From Gemmatimonadales bacterium (lineage in GTDB: Bacteria > Gemmatimonadota > Gemmatimonadetes > Gemmatimonadales > GWC2-71-9): a DNA stretch of 52,621 bases. The notes beneath the pieces are model-generated. The model saw nothing but the letters and a program-made list of their open reading frames with translations. It did not search any database and had not been told where the DNA came from. This document shows positions 1-8,183 of this stretch, one piece after another. Positions within the stretch are counted from its first letter, which is position 1; each line of letters begins with the position of its first letter. The position numbers were made by a program, and so were the translations under genes. The DNA lies in NCBI GenBank assembly GCA_035635835.1, contig DASQAH010000258.1:1-52621 (forward strand). Reading direction: 5' to 3'.

Positions 1-320
1 GCGGCGAGGCGGTTGATCATCACGCGGGCGTCAGGGAAGGTGCGAAACATGGTCACATCGGGGTTCACCGTCGTGATCTCCCGCCGCATCGCCTCCCGCA
101 CGTCGTCCGGCTCAATCCGGACGTACCCGCGCTCGCCAGCGAGCAGCCGCAGCACCGCCATCTCGTAGTCCTGGTGCGTGGCGACGCGCAGGTGCGAGCG
201 GTTAGAGCGGTAGGGCACGAGCCGCTCGTACACGTCGGCCGCGGGGAAGGGCACGGCCAGACGCGCGTCCTTGGCGAGGACGGCGACGAGCCGCTCGAAC
301 AGACGATCCAGCTCATCCAT
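1..320 (-). CDS. hypothetical protein, partial (3' end beyond left window edge)
   Basis: The frame is open to the window edge, so it is absent from the ORF track. ATG at 320-318 (MDELDRLFERLVAVLAKDARLAVPF...), 9 nt after the stop of the upstream same-strand gene. Third-position GC is high like the neighbours. No family recognised. Confidence 0.5.
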   Translation of the reverse strand, partial: MDELDRLFERLVAVLAKDARLAVPFPAADVYERLVPYRSNRSHLRVATHQDYEMAVLRLLAGERGYVRIEPDDVREAMRREITTVNPDVTMFRTFPDARVMINRLA

Positions 321-329
321 TGGTCTGAC

Positions 330-1391
330 TCAGTGCACCACCACCACACCCCTCATGGTCGGATGGGGCAGGCAGTGATATGGGTAGGTCCCCGGCTGGT
401 CGAACCGAATCGCGAGCTCGCCTTTGGGTGAGAGGGCGCCCGAGAGGTGGGCGGCCTCGGGCGCGTTGAAGGTCACGGTGTGCTCGAAGTTGTCGCGGTT
501 CACCCATTTCACGATCTGACCGGCGGAGATCGTGACCGTGTCGTTCCCGAAACGGAGGCCCTCGATGATGACCTCCGCGGCGGCGGCGGCGTTCATGAAT
601 GGCTGGTTAATGCGCACGACCCGCTCGGAGCGGTGGAACCAGGGCCGGAACCGGGAGAGGTGCAATGGGATGGTGAACTCGAACCCGTAGTGTCGCTGGC
701 TTATGCCCCGCGAGTTGCCTTGGATGGTGTTGACCGGTGCGTTGCTGGTTTGGAGCGAAAAGGTGTGCGGCGAGCCCGGGATCACGACGCTCAGCGCCGC
801 GCCCCAGGTGGCTAGAGTCGTGGGGCTGACGAGCGAGCCGACGTCGGCACTCACCGCCGCGTATTCGGTGAGCCGCGCCACGAACCCGCCGGCGATCGCT
901 CCCTTGGCCCCGCCCGAGCGCCCGAGCGGCTTCCGCATTACGCGGGCGGCCCCCTCTAGCGTGATCGCCCCGGAGGTCCAGTCCACCCCCACCTCCCCGT
1001 CGAGGCTCCGGGCCAGCGCGTTGTAGGCCGGAGTCACGGCGACGGAGAAGCCGTGCTGCCCTTCGGCAGGGCCGTGACGATAGCGGGCGTAGAGCTCGCT
1101 CTCGTTGCTCGAGGTGACACTCGGGGTGACGCTGGGGATCAGGCTATGAGTGCCGAAGTGCCACCCCAGGGCGAGGTGTCGTGCCACCCCAGCGGCGAGC
1201 GTGAAGCTGGGGTAGTTCACCACCGTGTGGCTGGGGGCGGGAGCGACGTAGAAGCGGTGCGCGAAGTTGAATTGGATGACACCGCCATCGGGCGTCCACG
1301 TGCCGCCCAGATTGGGCGAGCGGTACAGGAGCGACTGAGCCGAGAGGGGAGCGGCGAGAACGGCGAGCGCGAACGGAACCACTGGTCTCAT
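330..1391 (-). CDS. secreted two-domain protein: beta-rich N-terminal domain fused to amicyanin-type cupredoxin (type-1 copper)
   Basis: Signal peptide MRPVVPFALAVLAAPLSAQ. SD AGGAG 6 nt before the ATG. C-terminus GTYPYHCLPHPTMRGVVVVH carries the C-x2-H-x2-M copper loop, with an upstream His in NFEHTVTF. The N-terminal ~250 aa domain is not confidently assigned. Confidence 0.8.
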   Translation of the reverse strand: MRPVVPFALAVLAAPLSAQSLLYRSPNLGGTWTPDGGVIQFNFAHRFYVAPAPSHTVVNYPSFTLAAGVARHLALGWHFGTHSLIPSVTPSVTSSNESELYARYRHGPAEGQHGFSVAVTPAYNALARSLDGEVGVDWTSGAITLEGAARVMRKPLGRSGGAKGAIAGGFVARLTEYAAVSADVGSLVSPTTLATWGAALSVVIPGSPHTFSLQTSNAPVNTIQGNSRGISQRHYGFEFTIPLHLSRFRPWFHRSERVVRINQPFMNAAAAAEVIIEGLRFGNDTVTISAGQIVKWVNRDNFEHTVTFNAPEAAHLSGALSPKGELAIRFDQPGTYPYHCLPHPTMRGVVVVH

Positions 1392-1421
1392 CGGAAGCTC
1401 CTGGCGCCGGGAGGTTCGGGG

Positions 1422-1427
1422 AATCTA
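1422..1427 (-). promoter_or_regulatory. -10-like hexamer TAGATT upstream of the cupredoxin gene (30-nt leader containing an SD)
   Basis: Plus-strand aatcta, which is TAGATT on the coding strand. Same hexamer family as at other operon heads in this window. Confidence 0.35.
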
Positions 1428-1536
1428 CCTGAGAAGGCGGCATGCGGAATTCGGAATGCGCAATATCGGGGTTCGATCTCGTGTGGCCCAGACTCTCCCG
1501 GCTAGTCCGCATTCCGCATTCGCTCTTCCGCATGGA

Positions 1537-2040
1537 TTAGCGCCACTCCCGCACCCAGCGGTCGTAGAGCACCGGCACGATGCCTCCTTGCTGCAGGACT
1601 TCGATCCCCGACGGGTCACGGTAGGCCTTGCGGTAGAACACGTGAGTGACGCCCGAGTTGATGATGAGCTTGGCGCACATCACGCACGGTGAGGCACTGA
1701 TGAACATGACCTTGTCGCGCACATTGCCCGCCGCCTTAACCAGCGCGTTCATCTCCGAATGAATGCAGCCGCAGTTCCCCGGGACGGCCGAGTCGCACTT
1801 GTTGGCGAGCCCGCGGGCGTTACCGTTGTAGCCGATCGCCAGCACGTTCTCGAGCACTTGGTCGGTGATCACGGTGCCCACTTGGAGCCGCTCACAGGTG
1901 GAACGCTTGGCGAGCTCTTCGGCCATCCGCATATACACCTCGTACAGCGGAATCCGCTGGACGAGCGGCGCGGGCGCAGCGGTGGGCACTAGGTTTAAGA
2001 AGTGCGTGTTGGCGGGGACTCCATCCTTAAACGCGCTCAT
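1537..2040 (-). CDS. deoxycytidylate (dCMP) deaminase, ComEB-type
   Basis: CIHSEMNAL (H-x-E) and PCVMCAKLI (PCxxC) zinc motifs. The track ORF 1537..2232 is over-extended; the Arg/Thr/Ser-rich N-terminus is implausible. Internal ATG at 2040 (MSAFKDGV...) was chosen. Confidence 0.85.
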   Translation of the reverse strand: MSAFKDGVPANTHFLNLVPTAAPAPLVQRIPLYEVYMRMAEELAKRSTCERLQVGTVITDQVLENVLAIGYNGNARGLANKCDSAVPGNCGCIHSEMNALVKAAGNVRDKVMFISASPCVMCAKLIINSGVTHVFYRKAYRDPSGIEVLQQGGIVPVLYDRWVREWR

Positions 2041-2614
2041 GCACCTGCTCGTCGGGGTCGTAGTTCCCATACTTGCCACGCGCGCGCTGTTGCGCGAGCC
2101 AGGTGTCGAATCCCGACGCAAGCAGCCCGTTCGACCGCTCCTGGCGCTCCGCGGCGCGCACCGCGAGATGGTCGGCGTACTCGTTCTTGGGGTTGTCGTC
2201 GTGACCCCGCACCCAGCGCCACTCGACCTCATGCGCCCGGACGACCTGGGCGAGCTTCTGCCACAGCTCCACGTTTTGGAGCTCGCCGCCTTTGCGCTTC
2301 CACCCCTTCCGTTCCCAGCCCGGCAACCACTGGGTCACACCTTTCACCAGGTATTCGGAGTCGGAAACGTAGCGCACGCGTGCACGCGTCCATTGGCGGC
2401 GGATCCACTCTAGGGCCGCGATTGCGCCGGCGAGGGCCATCTTGTTGTTCGTTGTTTGTGGCGAGCACTCGTAGAAATCCCAGCGGGCGATACTGTCGCC
2501 GGCGGGGGCCTCGATGAGGGCCCCGTTGCCGCCCGGACTGGGCTTCGTGGCGTCGTTCCCCAGGCAGCTCTCGTCCGCATGGACCAGTACCGGAATCGCT
2601 GTCGCGTCGGGCAT
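2027..2614 (-). CDS. rnhA: ribonuclease HI
   Basis: VLVHADESCLGN..., WERKGWK, NEYADHLA are typical RNase H1. Start ATG at 2614 shares its A with the upstream stop (TGATG). Track ORF 2027..3019 is over-extended. Confidence 0.9.
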   Translation of the reverse strand: MPDATAIPVLVHADESCLGNDATKPSPGGNGALIEAPAGDSIARWDFYECSPQTTNNKMALAGAIAALEWIRRQWTRARVRYVSDSEYLVKGVTQWLPGWERKGWKRKGGELQNVELWQKLAQVVRAHEVEWRWVRGHDDNPKNEYADHLAVRAAERQERSNGLLASGFDTWLAQQRARGKYGNYDPDEQVHERV

Positions 2615-3360
2615 CAGGGCTGGATCACGACCGGGATGTCGGTGTGGCGCAGGATTTCCTCGGCGTGGGAGACCACCGGCTGGCTGGGACGTCCCGACCG
2701 ACGCTCGAGGTGCGCGCCGGCGAACAGGGCGTCGCACTTGGTGCGCGCGATCACCCGGGCGACCACCTCGCCTGGCGAGCCCCCCTCGATGTGTGTCACG
2801 AATGGCACGCCGAGCATCGAGAGGACCGCCTCGGCCGCGCCGACCACCCGCACACCGGCGTCGTGATCGGGCGTGGCGTGGATCACGTGCACGGTGCTCT
2901 CCACGATGCTGGCGAAGCGCGCCGCGAGATCGAGCGCCCGTCGGCTGGTGTCGCCACCGTCGAACGCCACCGCGCAGGAGTGCATCGGGGAGGGGGAGCC
3001 GCCGCACACGATGACGCATCGCTCGGCGATGGTGATCAGCGAGCTGACGGTGGGGCCGAGCGCGTCGGCCGCGGTGACGCTGCCGCGCCGCCCCACGAGG
3101 ACCGCATCCACCGTCTTCGCAAGCTCGGCGAGCACGAGGTCGGGACTGCCTTCCCGCTCGACAAGCTCCACTGCAAGCCCCGTGTCAGCGACGCGCTCCT
3201 TGGCGCGCGCGAGCAGGGCGGCCCCGTTCCTCCCCGCCCCCTCGCGAACGGTCGCCGTCACCAGCGTGGCCCCGAAGCGGTGGCCCAGCTGGATCGCCTG
3301 CTCCAGGGCCGCGTCCGCCCTGGGACTGCCGTCCAGACCGATCAGCAGGCGCGTGAACAT
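2614..3360 (-). CDS. universal stress protein (tandem Usp domains)
   Basis: MFTRLLIGLDGSPRADAALEQAIQL... and a second Usp repeat (VAFDGGDTSRRALDLAARFA...). ATG at 3360 chosen over the 21-codon upstream extension. Confidence 0.8.
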   Translation of the reverse strand: MFTRLLIGLDGSPRADAALEQAIQLGHRFGATLVTATVREGAGRNGAALLARAKERVADTGLAVELVEREGSPDLVLAELAKTVDAVLVGRRGSVTAADALGPTVSSLITIAERCVIVCGGSPSPMHSCAVAFDGGDTSRRALDLAARFASIVESTVHVIHATPDHDAGVRVVGAAEAVLSMLGVPFVTHIEGGSPGEVVARVIARTKCDALFAGAHLERRSGRPSQPVVSHAEEILRHTDIPVVIQP

Positions 3361-3367
3361 GGACCCC

Positions 3368-3604
3368 TCATGGAAGAACGGCGAACCGCTCAATTTCCTG
3401 CAGCCGAAACGCCAGCACTTCACCCGTCATCGGCAATCGTCCTTCCAGGAGCTCGTCTCGATCCGCCGTTTCGAGCCGCTCAGCGACCACCACATATTCG
3501 GTGCCCCGGCGCGTCAGCGCCACCCTGCGGTGCTCACGCACCGCGCGCTCAAGTGCATCGAACGCCTCAGGGGTGAAGGCAGAGTACTCGGGGATGCTGG
3601 CCAC
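3368..3604 (-). CDS. small hypothetical protein (78 aa), weak call
   Basis: In-frame GTG at 3604 is the only start candidate downstream of the selD stop. GC3 is about 70%, lower than the neighbours. No SD. Family unknown (VASIPEYSAFTPEAFDALERAVREHRRVALTRRG...). Confidence 0.35.
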   Translation of the reverse strand: MASIPEYSAFTPEAFDALERAVREHRRVALTRRGTEYVVVAERLETADRDELLEGRLPMTGEVLAFRLQEIERFAVLP

Positions 3605-3612
3605 GAAGTGTT

Positions 3613-3632
3613 GGGTCGGGGAGGGGGGGGGG
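3613..3632. repeat. G-tract GGG-TC-GGGG-A-G10 (C-rich on the transcribed strand)
   Basis: Read directly. The G10 homopolymer is at 3623-3632, 4 nt from the selD stop codon. Confidence 0.9.
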
Positions 3633-3636
3633 CGAG

Positions 3637-4683
3637 TTACCTCACCGTCATCGTGCCCGGGCGACCGGTGACGACTCGTCCGATCACCGCCGCCGCCGGC
3701 GCCCCTTCCTTCTCTAGGGCGGCCACCAGGGCGGGGGCATCCCGCTGCGGCAGGGCGATGAGCAGCCCGCCCGAGGTCTGCGCGTCGCATAGCAAAACCC
3801 GGTCGGCCTCCGGCACACTGGGTCCCCACGAGACGGCGTCCTCCTCTTCGAGGTTCTCCCGATTGCGCTTCGTACCGCCGGGCACCGCGCCACGGCCAAC
3901 CATCTCGGCGGCGCGCGCCAGCTGCGGAACGGCGCCGGCGGCCACCTCGGCCGCCGCGCCGCTCGCTGTGAGTAGGCTATGCAGGTGGCCCAACAGCCCG
4001 TAGCCCGTCACGTCGGTGGCGGCGTGCGCCCCGACCGCGCGCATGGCGCGGGCGGCACCAGCGTTGAGGGTGGTCATCACGGCCACGGCGGGCGCGAGCG
4101 CGGTGCCGTCGAGCAGGTCTCGCTTCAGCGCCGTGGCCAGCACACCCGTGCCGATCGGCTTGGTCAGCACTAGCGCATCGCCTGGCCGTGCGCCGGCGTT
4201 CCGGACGATCCGATCGGGGTGCACCTCCCCGATCGCCACCATGCCATACTTCGGCTCGGGATCGTCGATGGAATGGCCTCCCAGGACGAACGCCCCCGCT
4301 TCCCGGGCCACGTCCGCCCCGCCTCTTAGCACGTCGCCCAGCAGGTCATAGGGCAGTCTGTCGCGCGGCCAGCCAACCAGGTTCAGGACGAAGAGCGGGG
4401 TCGCTCCCATCGCGTAGACGTCGGAAAGGGCGTTGGCGGCGGCGATGCGCCCAAAGTCATAGGCGTCGTCCACGATCGGCGTGAAGAAGTCCACCGTCGC
4501 CACGATCGCACGGTCCGCCGAGAGACGAAACACAGCGGCGTCGTCGCGGGTGGCGGCGTCGACGAGGATCCGGGGATCCATCGCGGCGGGCACGTGGCGC
4601 AAGACCTGCGCCAACTCGGCCGGGCCGAGCTTGCAGGCTCAGCCCGCGCCGTGCGAAAACGCGGTCAGCCGGACGGTGGTCAT
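3637..4683 (-). CDS. selD: selenide, water dikinase (selenophosphate synthetase), selenocysteine-containing
   Basis: Track ORFs 3637..4614 and 4639..5037 are one gene: ATG 4683 MTTVRLTAFSHGAG-UGA-ACKLGPAELAQVLRHVP... The UGA aligns with the Cys/Sec of the SelD N-terminal G-x-G-(C/U)-x-C-K loop. The rest is canonical SelD (VDFFTPIVDDAYDFG, GGHSIDD). Confidence 0.9.
4605..4638 (-). promoter_or_regulatory. candidate bacterial SECIS hairpin immediately 3' of the UGA
   Basis: mRNA GCCUGCAAGCUCGGCCCGGCCGAGUUGGCGCAGG. Outer stem CCUGC/GCAGG, an internal loop, then inner stem CUCGGC/GCCGAG with a small apical loop. Folded by eye only. Confidence 0.5.
4639..4641 (-). other. in-frame UGA read as selenocysteine (codon 15 of selD)
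   Basis: Plus-strand tca at 4639-4641. Conserved SelD sequence continues in the same frame on both sides. Confidence 0.8.
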
Positions 4684-4729
4684 GGGTTGTGGCAACATTG
4701 TGAACGGAAGATGGACACGAAGCCCGCCG

Positions 4730-5107
4730 TTAGCCAAGCCTCCAAGCGAGGAGGCCGCCAGCCGCGACGTAGCGGGCCACGTCGAGCCAGGCGTGGACGA
4801 CCAGGGCTCGCCGTCGCGGTGGCTCGATGGAGCGCCACAACACGAGCCGACGGGGGAAAGCGACAAGGAGCCCGACGAGGAAGAAGAGCAGCCACCAGCC
4901 GCCAGCGCCCAGCGCATCGAACCACAGCGAGGCGAACAGCACGACGACCGCGGCCTCGACCAGGCGCCACGAGACTTCCCAGCGGCTGTAGGACCAGACG
5001 AAATAGGTCGTTCCGGCCGAGGCGTCCCCGCGCACACCGATCGGCGGCGCGACCACGAACAGGGCGGCGACCGGCAGCCACGCGAGCAGCAGCCGGCCGA
5101 GGGTCAC
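4730..5107 (-). CDS. small integral membrane protein (about 3 TM), unknown function
   Basis: GTG at 5107 overlaps the upstream stop (GTGA). The hydrophobic 125-aa product is LLLAWLPVAALFVVAPP..., WWLLFFLVGLLVAF. The rest of track ORF 4730..5854 is antisense-frame junk inside the upstream gene. Confidence 0.5.
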   Translation of the reverse strand: MTLGRLLLAWLPVAALFVVAPPIGVRGDASAGTTYFVWSYSRWEVSWRLVEAAVVVLFASLWFDALGAGGWWLLFFLVGLLVAFPRRLVLWRSIEPPRRRALVVHAWLDVARYVAAGGLLAWRLG

Positions 5108-6816
5108 CTCCCCCGCCGCTCGGGCGGGCGGAACCCCGGGCCCCGCAGCCCGCGTCCCGGACGCGCGGCGGTCAACGTGCCGTGGTCCAGCACGACCTGC
5201 CCGTTGACCAGCACGTAGGCGAACCCCACCGACGGCTGGTGTGGCCGCTCGAACGTCGCGCGGTCGGCGACGGTCGCCGGGTCGAACACGGTGAGGTCCG
5301 CGTACATTCCCGGTCGCATGAGCCCGCGGTCCCTGAGGCCGACCCGCTGCGCCGCGAGCGACGTCATCTTCCGCACCGCGAACTCGAGGGGCAGGAGCTT
5401 GAGGTCGCGCACATAATGGCCGAGGATCCTGGCGAAGCTGCCATACGCGCGCGGGTGGGTGCCGTCCTTGCCGAAGGGTCCGTCGGGGGCGACGCCGCCG
5501 GCGTCGCAGTCCACGGCCACCCACCAGGTTTTCATCGCCTCCTGCACGTCCGGCTCGCTCATCGTGAAATAGATGGCCCCGGTGCGGCTGTGGTCGGCGA
5601 TCACGATGTCGAACAGGGCCTCGATCGGGTCGGTGTGGCGCGCGCGGGCGATCTCGGAGAGGCGCCGGCCGTCGAGGTAGTGCAGGGAGTCCTGGAACGG
5701 GCCGGCGATCAGGACGCCGTCGGCGCCGCCGGCGTTTTCGTAGGTGCTCTCGTCTCCCAGGGCGGGACGCAGCATTTCCTGGTGGATGCGCGCGCGCGTC
5801 GCGGGGTCCTGTAGCCGCGCGATCAGCGAGTCCAATCCGCCGGAATGCGCCCACTGCGGGATCGATGCGTCGAGCGAGGTCGCGGCGGCGATGTAGGAGT
5901 ACTGGTCAGCCGTGACGTCTACGCCGGCAGCCCGCGCCGAGTCGATCTTAGCAAGGACGTGCGGCATCCGGCCCCAACGCGGCTTGCCCGATACCTTGAG
6001 GTGCCAGATCTCCACCGGGATGCTTGCTTCGCGGCCGACGCGGAACGCCTCGTCGAGGGCCTCGTCCTCGCGAGCGGCTTCGTTGCGGATGTGGCTGGCG
6101 TAGATCCCGCCGTGGCGCCGCGCGGCCTTCGCCAACGCGACCAGCTCTTCGGTGGGCGCGTAGATAGCGGGCGCATACAGCAGGGCCGTCGAGACGCCCA
6201 ACGCGCCCTGCTCCATCATGGTATCGACCAGCGCCGTCATATGGGCGAGCTCGGCAGCCGTGGCGCGACGATTCTGGAAGCCGACCACAGCGGCCCGCAC
6301 CTGCGTCGCACCGACGAACGTCGCGATGTTGATCGCCGAGCCGGTGCGGGCAAGGTGGGCGAAGTAGCCGTCCAGGTCCCGCCAGTCCTCGCTCAGGTGG
6401 TACTTCTTCATGAACTCCGAGTCGAGCGCCACGAGCGTATCGGTCAGGGGAGCGACCGAGCCGCCCTCGCCGGTCACTTCGGTAGTGATCCCCTGCGTGA
6501 TCTTGCTCAGGGCCCGGTTGTCGATCAGGACGTTGGTCTCCGACTGGCCGAGCATGTCGATGAACCCGGGGGCCACGACTAGCCCCGAGACGTCCACCGT
6601 CTCGCGGGCCTGCGCGCCGTGGAGGTAGCCCACCGCCGCGATGCGCTCGCCCGAGATAGCGACGTCGCCGCGCCAGCGCGGGTTGCCGGTGCCGTCCACG
6701 ATCCAGCCGTCCTTCAAGATCTTGTCGTAGGTGGCCGTCGCGCGATCGGCCGGTCGGACGCACGCGGCCAGGAGCAGGACGGCGACCGCACTGCGGCCGG
6801 TCAACGCTTTGCCCAT
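5104..6816 (-). CDS. D-aminoacylase-family (Amidohydro_3) amidohydrolase, secreted
   Basis: Signal peptide, then ILKDGWIVDGTGNP...APGFIDMLGQSE...ITTEVTGEGG...YASHIRNE...WHLKVSG...ADQYSY. Overall N-acyl-D-amino-acid deacylase-like architecture. The usual HxH after GFID is absent. Confidence 0.85.
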   Translation of the reverse strand: MGKALTGRSAVAVLLLAACVRPADRATATYDKILKDGWIVDGTGNPRWRGDVAISGERIAAVGYLHGAQARETVDVSGLVVAPGFIDMLGQSETNVLIDNRALSKITQGITTEVTGEGGSVAPLTDTLVALDSEFMKKYHLSEDWRDLDGYFAHLARTGSAINIATFVGATQVRAAVVGFQNRRATAAELAHMTALVDTMMEQGALGVSTALLYAPAIYAPTEELVALAKAARRHGGIYASHIRNEAAREDEALDEAFRVGREASIPVEIWHLKVSGKPRWGRMPHVLAKIDSARAAGVDVTADQYSYIAAATSLDASIPQWAHSGGLDSLIARLQDPATRARIHQEMLRPALGDESTYENAGGADGVLIAGPFQDSLHYLDGRRLSEIARARHTDPIEALFDIVIADHSRTGAIYFTMSEPDVQEAMKTWWVAVDCDAGGVAPDGPFGKDGTHPRAYGSFARILGHYVRDLKLLPLEFAVRKMTSLAAQRVGLRDRGLMRPGMYADLTVFDPATVADRATFERPHQPSVGFAYVLVNGQVVLDHGTLTAARPGRGLRGPGFRPPERRGR

Positions 6817-8183
6817 TCGGCTCTCAAGGAATCGGGCCGCACGATGCGGCCTCGGATCATGACCCAGGCGATGTTCCGTGTGGCGGCGATGTCCGCCCCC
6901 CCCTTGCCGGCAGGGTTGGCGTTCAGCACGACGAGATCGGCAGCCTTGCCGGCGGCGATGCGACCGAGCGAGTCGGCGTGCAGCAGCTCAGCGCCGTGGC
7001 GTGTGGCGGCCGTGATCGCCTCGACCGGCGTGAGCCCCGCGGCAACGAGCAGCGCTAGCTCCTCGTGCAGCGCCTCGCCCGGAATGAGCAGCTGGTTGGC
7101 GGCGTCGGTGCCGGCTGCCACGAGGCCCCCGGCGCGCTTGAACTCGCGTACGAAGCGGTCCTGCACCGGTCGGGAGCGGCGGAACGCCGCGAAGTCTCTC
7201 GAGCGCCAATTGCTGCGCCGCAACAGGCTCGCGACCTGCCGGACCACGTTCCCGGTGTCGGTGGGCACGTCCGCCATCGCTGGGCGCGTGAGCAAGGCCG
7301 CGTCGCCCAGGTGCGCCAGCGTCTCGTGGAGCACCAAAGTCGGGACGATGGCCACGTGCGTCGCCGCGAGCGCCCGGGCGGTGCGGGCGAGCGTCACCGA
7401 GTCGAGTGATGCCCACCCCTCCTCTTCGAGCGTCCAGCCGGCCAGGAACTGGCTGTGCGCTACGTAATAGGGCCGCGGGTTGTGGGCCGCCGCCTGCACC
7501 ACTCCGGCCATGTGCTCAAGGGAGATCACCCCCGCCTTCGCGGCGGTGAGAGCGTCGGTCTTCCCCAAGTGCGCGACCACGCGGAGTCGCAACGTCCCGG
7601 CCTCGTCCAACAGTGGCCGCAACAACTCGGGAGTGATCTTCGTGTAGATCTTCAGGTAGTCGGCGCCAGCGAGGGCCCGTTGGTCCACAGTCTTGCGGGC
7701 CTCGTCACCGGTGGCGACCGCCGTGGCGGTGGGATAGGTCGCCGGCACGCCGTCGATCATCGCGCCGGCCGTAAACATGTGCGGCCCCAGGACCGAGCCT
7801 GTGCCGATCTCGGTCCTCAGTGCGAACGCCGTGTCGTTGTTGTTGCCGACGTCGCGCACCGTCGTGACACCCCAGGCGAGATAGCGTGGGATGGCCCAAC
7901 GTTGCACGTGGGCGTGGGCGTCAATGAGCCCCGGGATGATCGTCTTGCCAAGCAGGCTGATCCGCTCGGCGCCCCGGGGCACTTTGAGCACATTCACCTG
8001 TCCCACCGCCTCCACGTGCCCGTTCCGGATGAGGATGACTGCGTCCGGCTGCGGCGCCCCGCCTGAGCCGTCGATGAGCGTGGCTCCTTCGAGGGCGATC
8101 ACGCCCTTGCCGGGCGCCGTGCAAGCGGCCATGACCAGCGCCAACAGCGCCGGAATCGGGAGACGGGATGCGGGAGGCGTCAT
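6801..8183 (-). CDS. amidohydrolase family protein (secreted/lipoprotein)
   Basis: LIDGSGGAP...IPGLIDAHAHV (HxH). Signal peptide with a Cys (LALVMAACTAP). 16-nt overlap with the downstream gene. Confidence 0.85.
   Translation of the reverse strand: MTPPASRLPIPALLALVMAACTAPGKGVIALEGATLIDGSGGAPQPDAVILIRNGHVEAVGQVNVLKVPRGAERISLLGKTIIPGLIDAHAHVQRWAIPRYLAWGVTTVRDVGNNNDTAFALRTEIGTGSVLGPHMFTAGAMIDGVPATYPTATAVATGDEARKTVDQRALAGADYLKIYTKITPELLRPLLDEAGTLRLRVVAHLGKTDALTAAKAGVISLEHMAGVVQAAAHNPRPYYVAHSQFLAGWTLEEEGWASLDSVTLARTARALAATHVAIVPTLVLHETLAHLGDAALLTRPAMADVPTDTGNVVRQVASLLRRSNWRSRDFAAFRRSRPVQDRFVREFKRAGGLVAAGTDAANQLLIPGEALHEELALLVAAGLTPVEAITAATRHGAELLHADSLGRIAAGKAADLVVLNANPAGKGGADIAATRNIAWVMIRGRIVRPDSLRAEWAKR

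Noticed and set aside
1462-1486. GGGGTTCGATCTCGTGTGGCCCA resembling a tRNA T-arm and acceptor end
   Set aside because: The flanking bases do not form a 5-bp T-stem (CGGGG versus TCGTG), and no acceptor, D or anticodon arms could be built on either strand. It could at most be a decayed fragment.
4639-5037. 132-aa ORF ending ...MTTVRLTAFSHGAG
   Set aside because: Only its last 14 codons are real; they are the selD N-terminus upstream of the Sec UGA. The remainder overlaps the small membrane-protein gene out of frame and looks non-coding.
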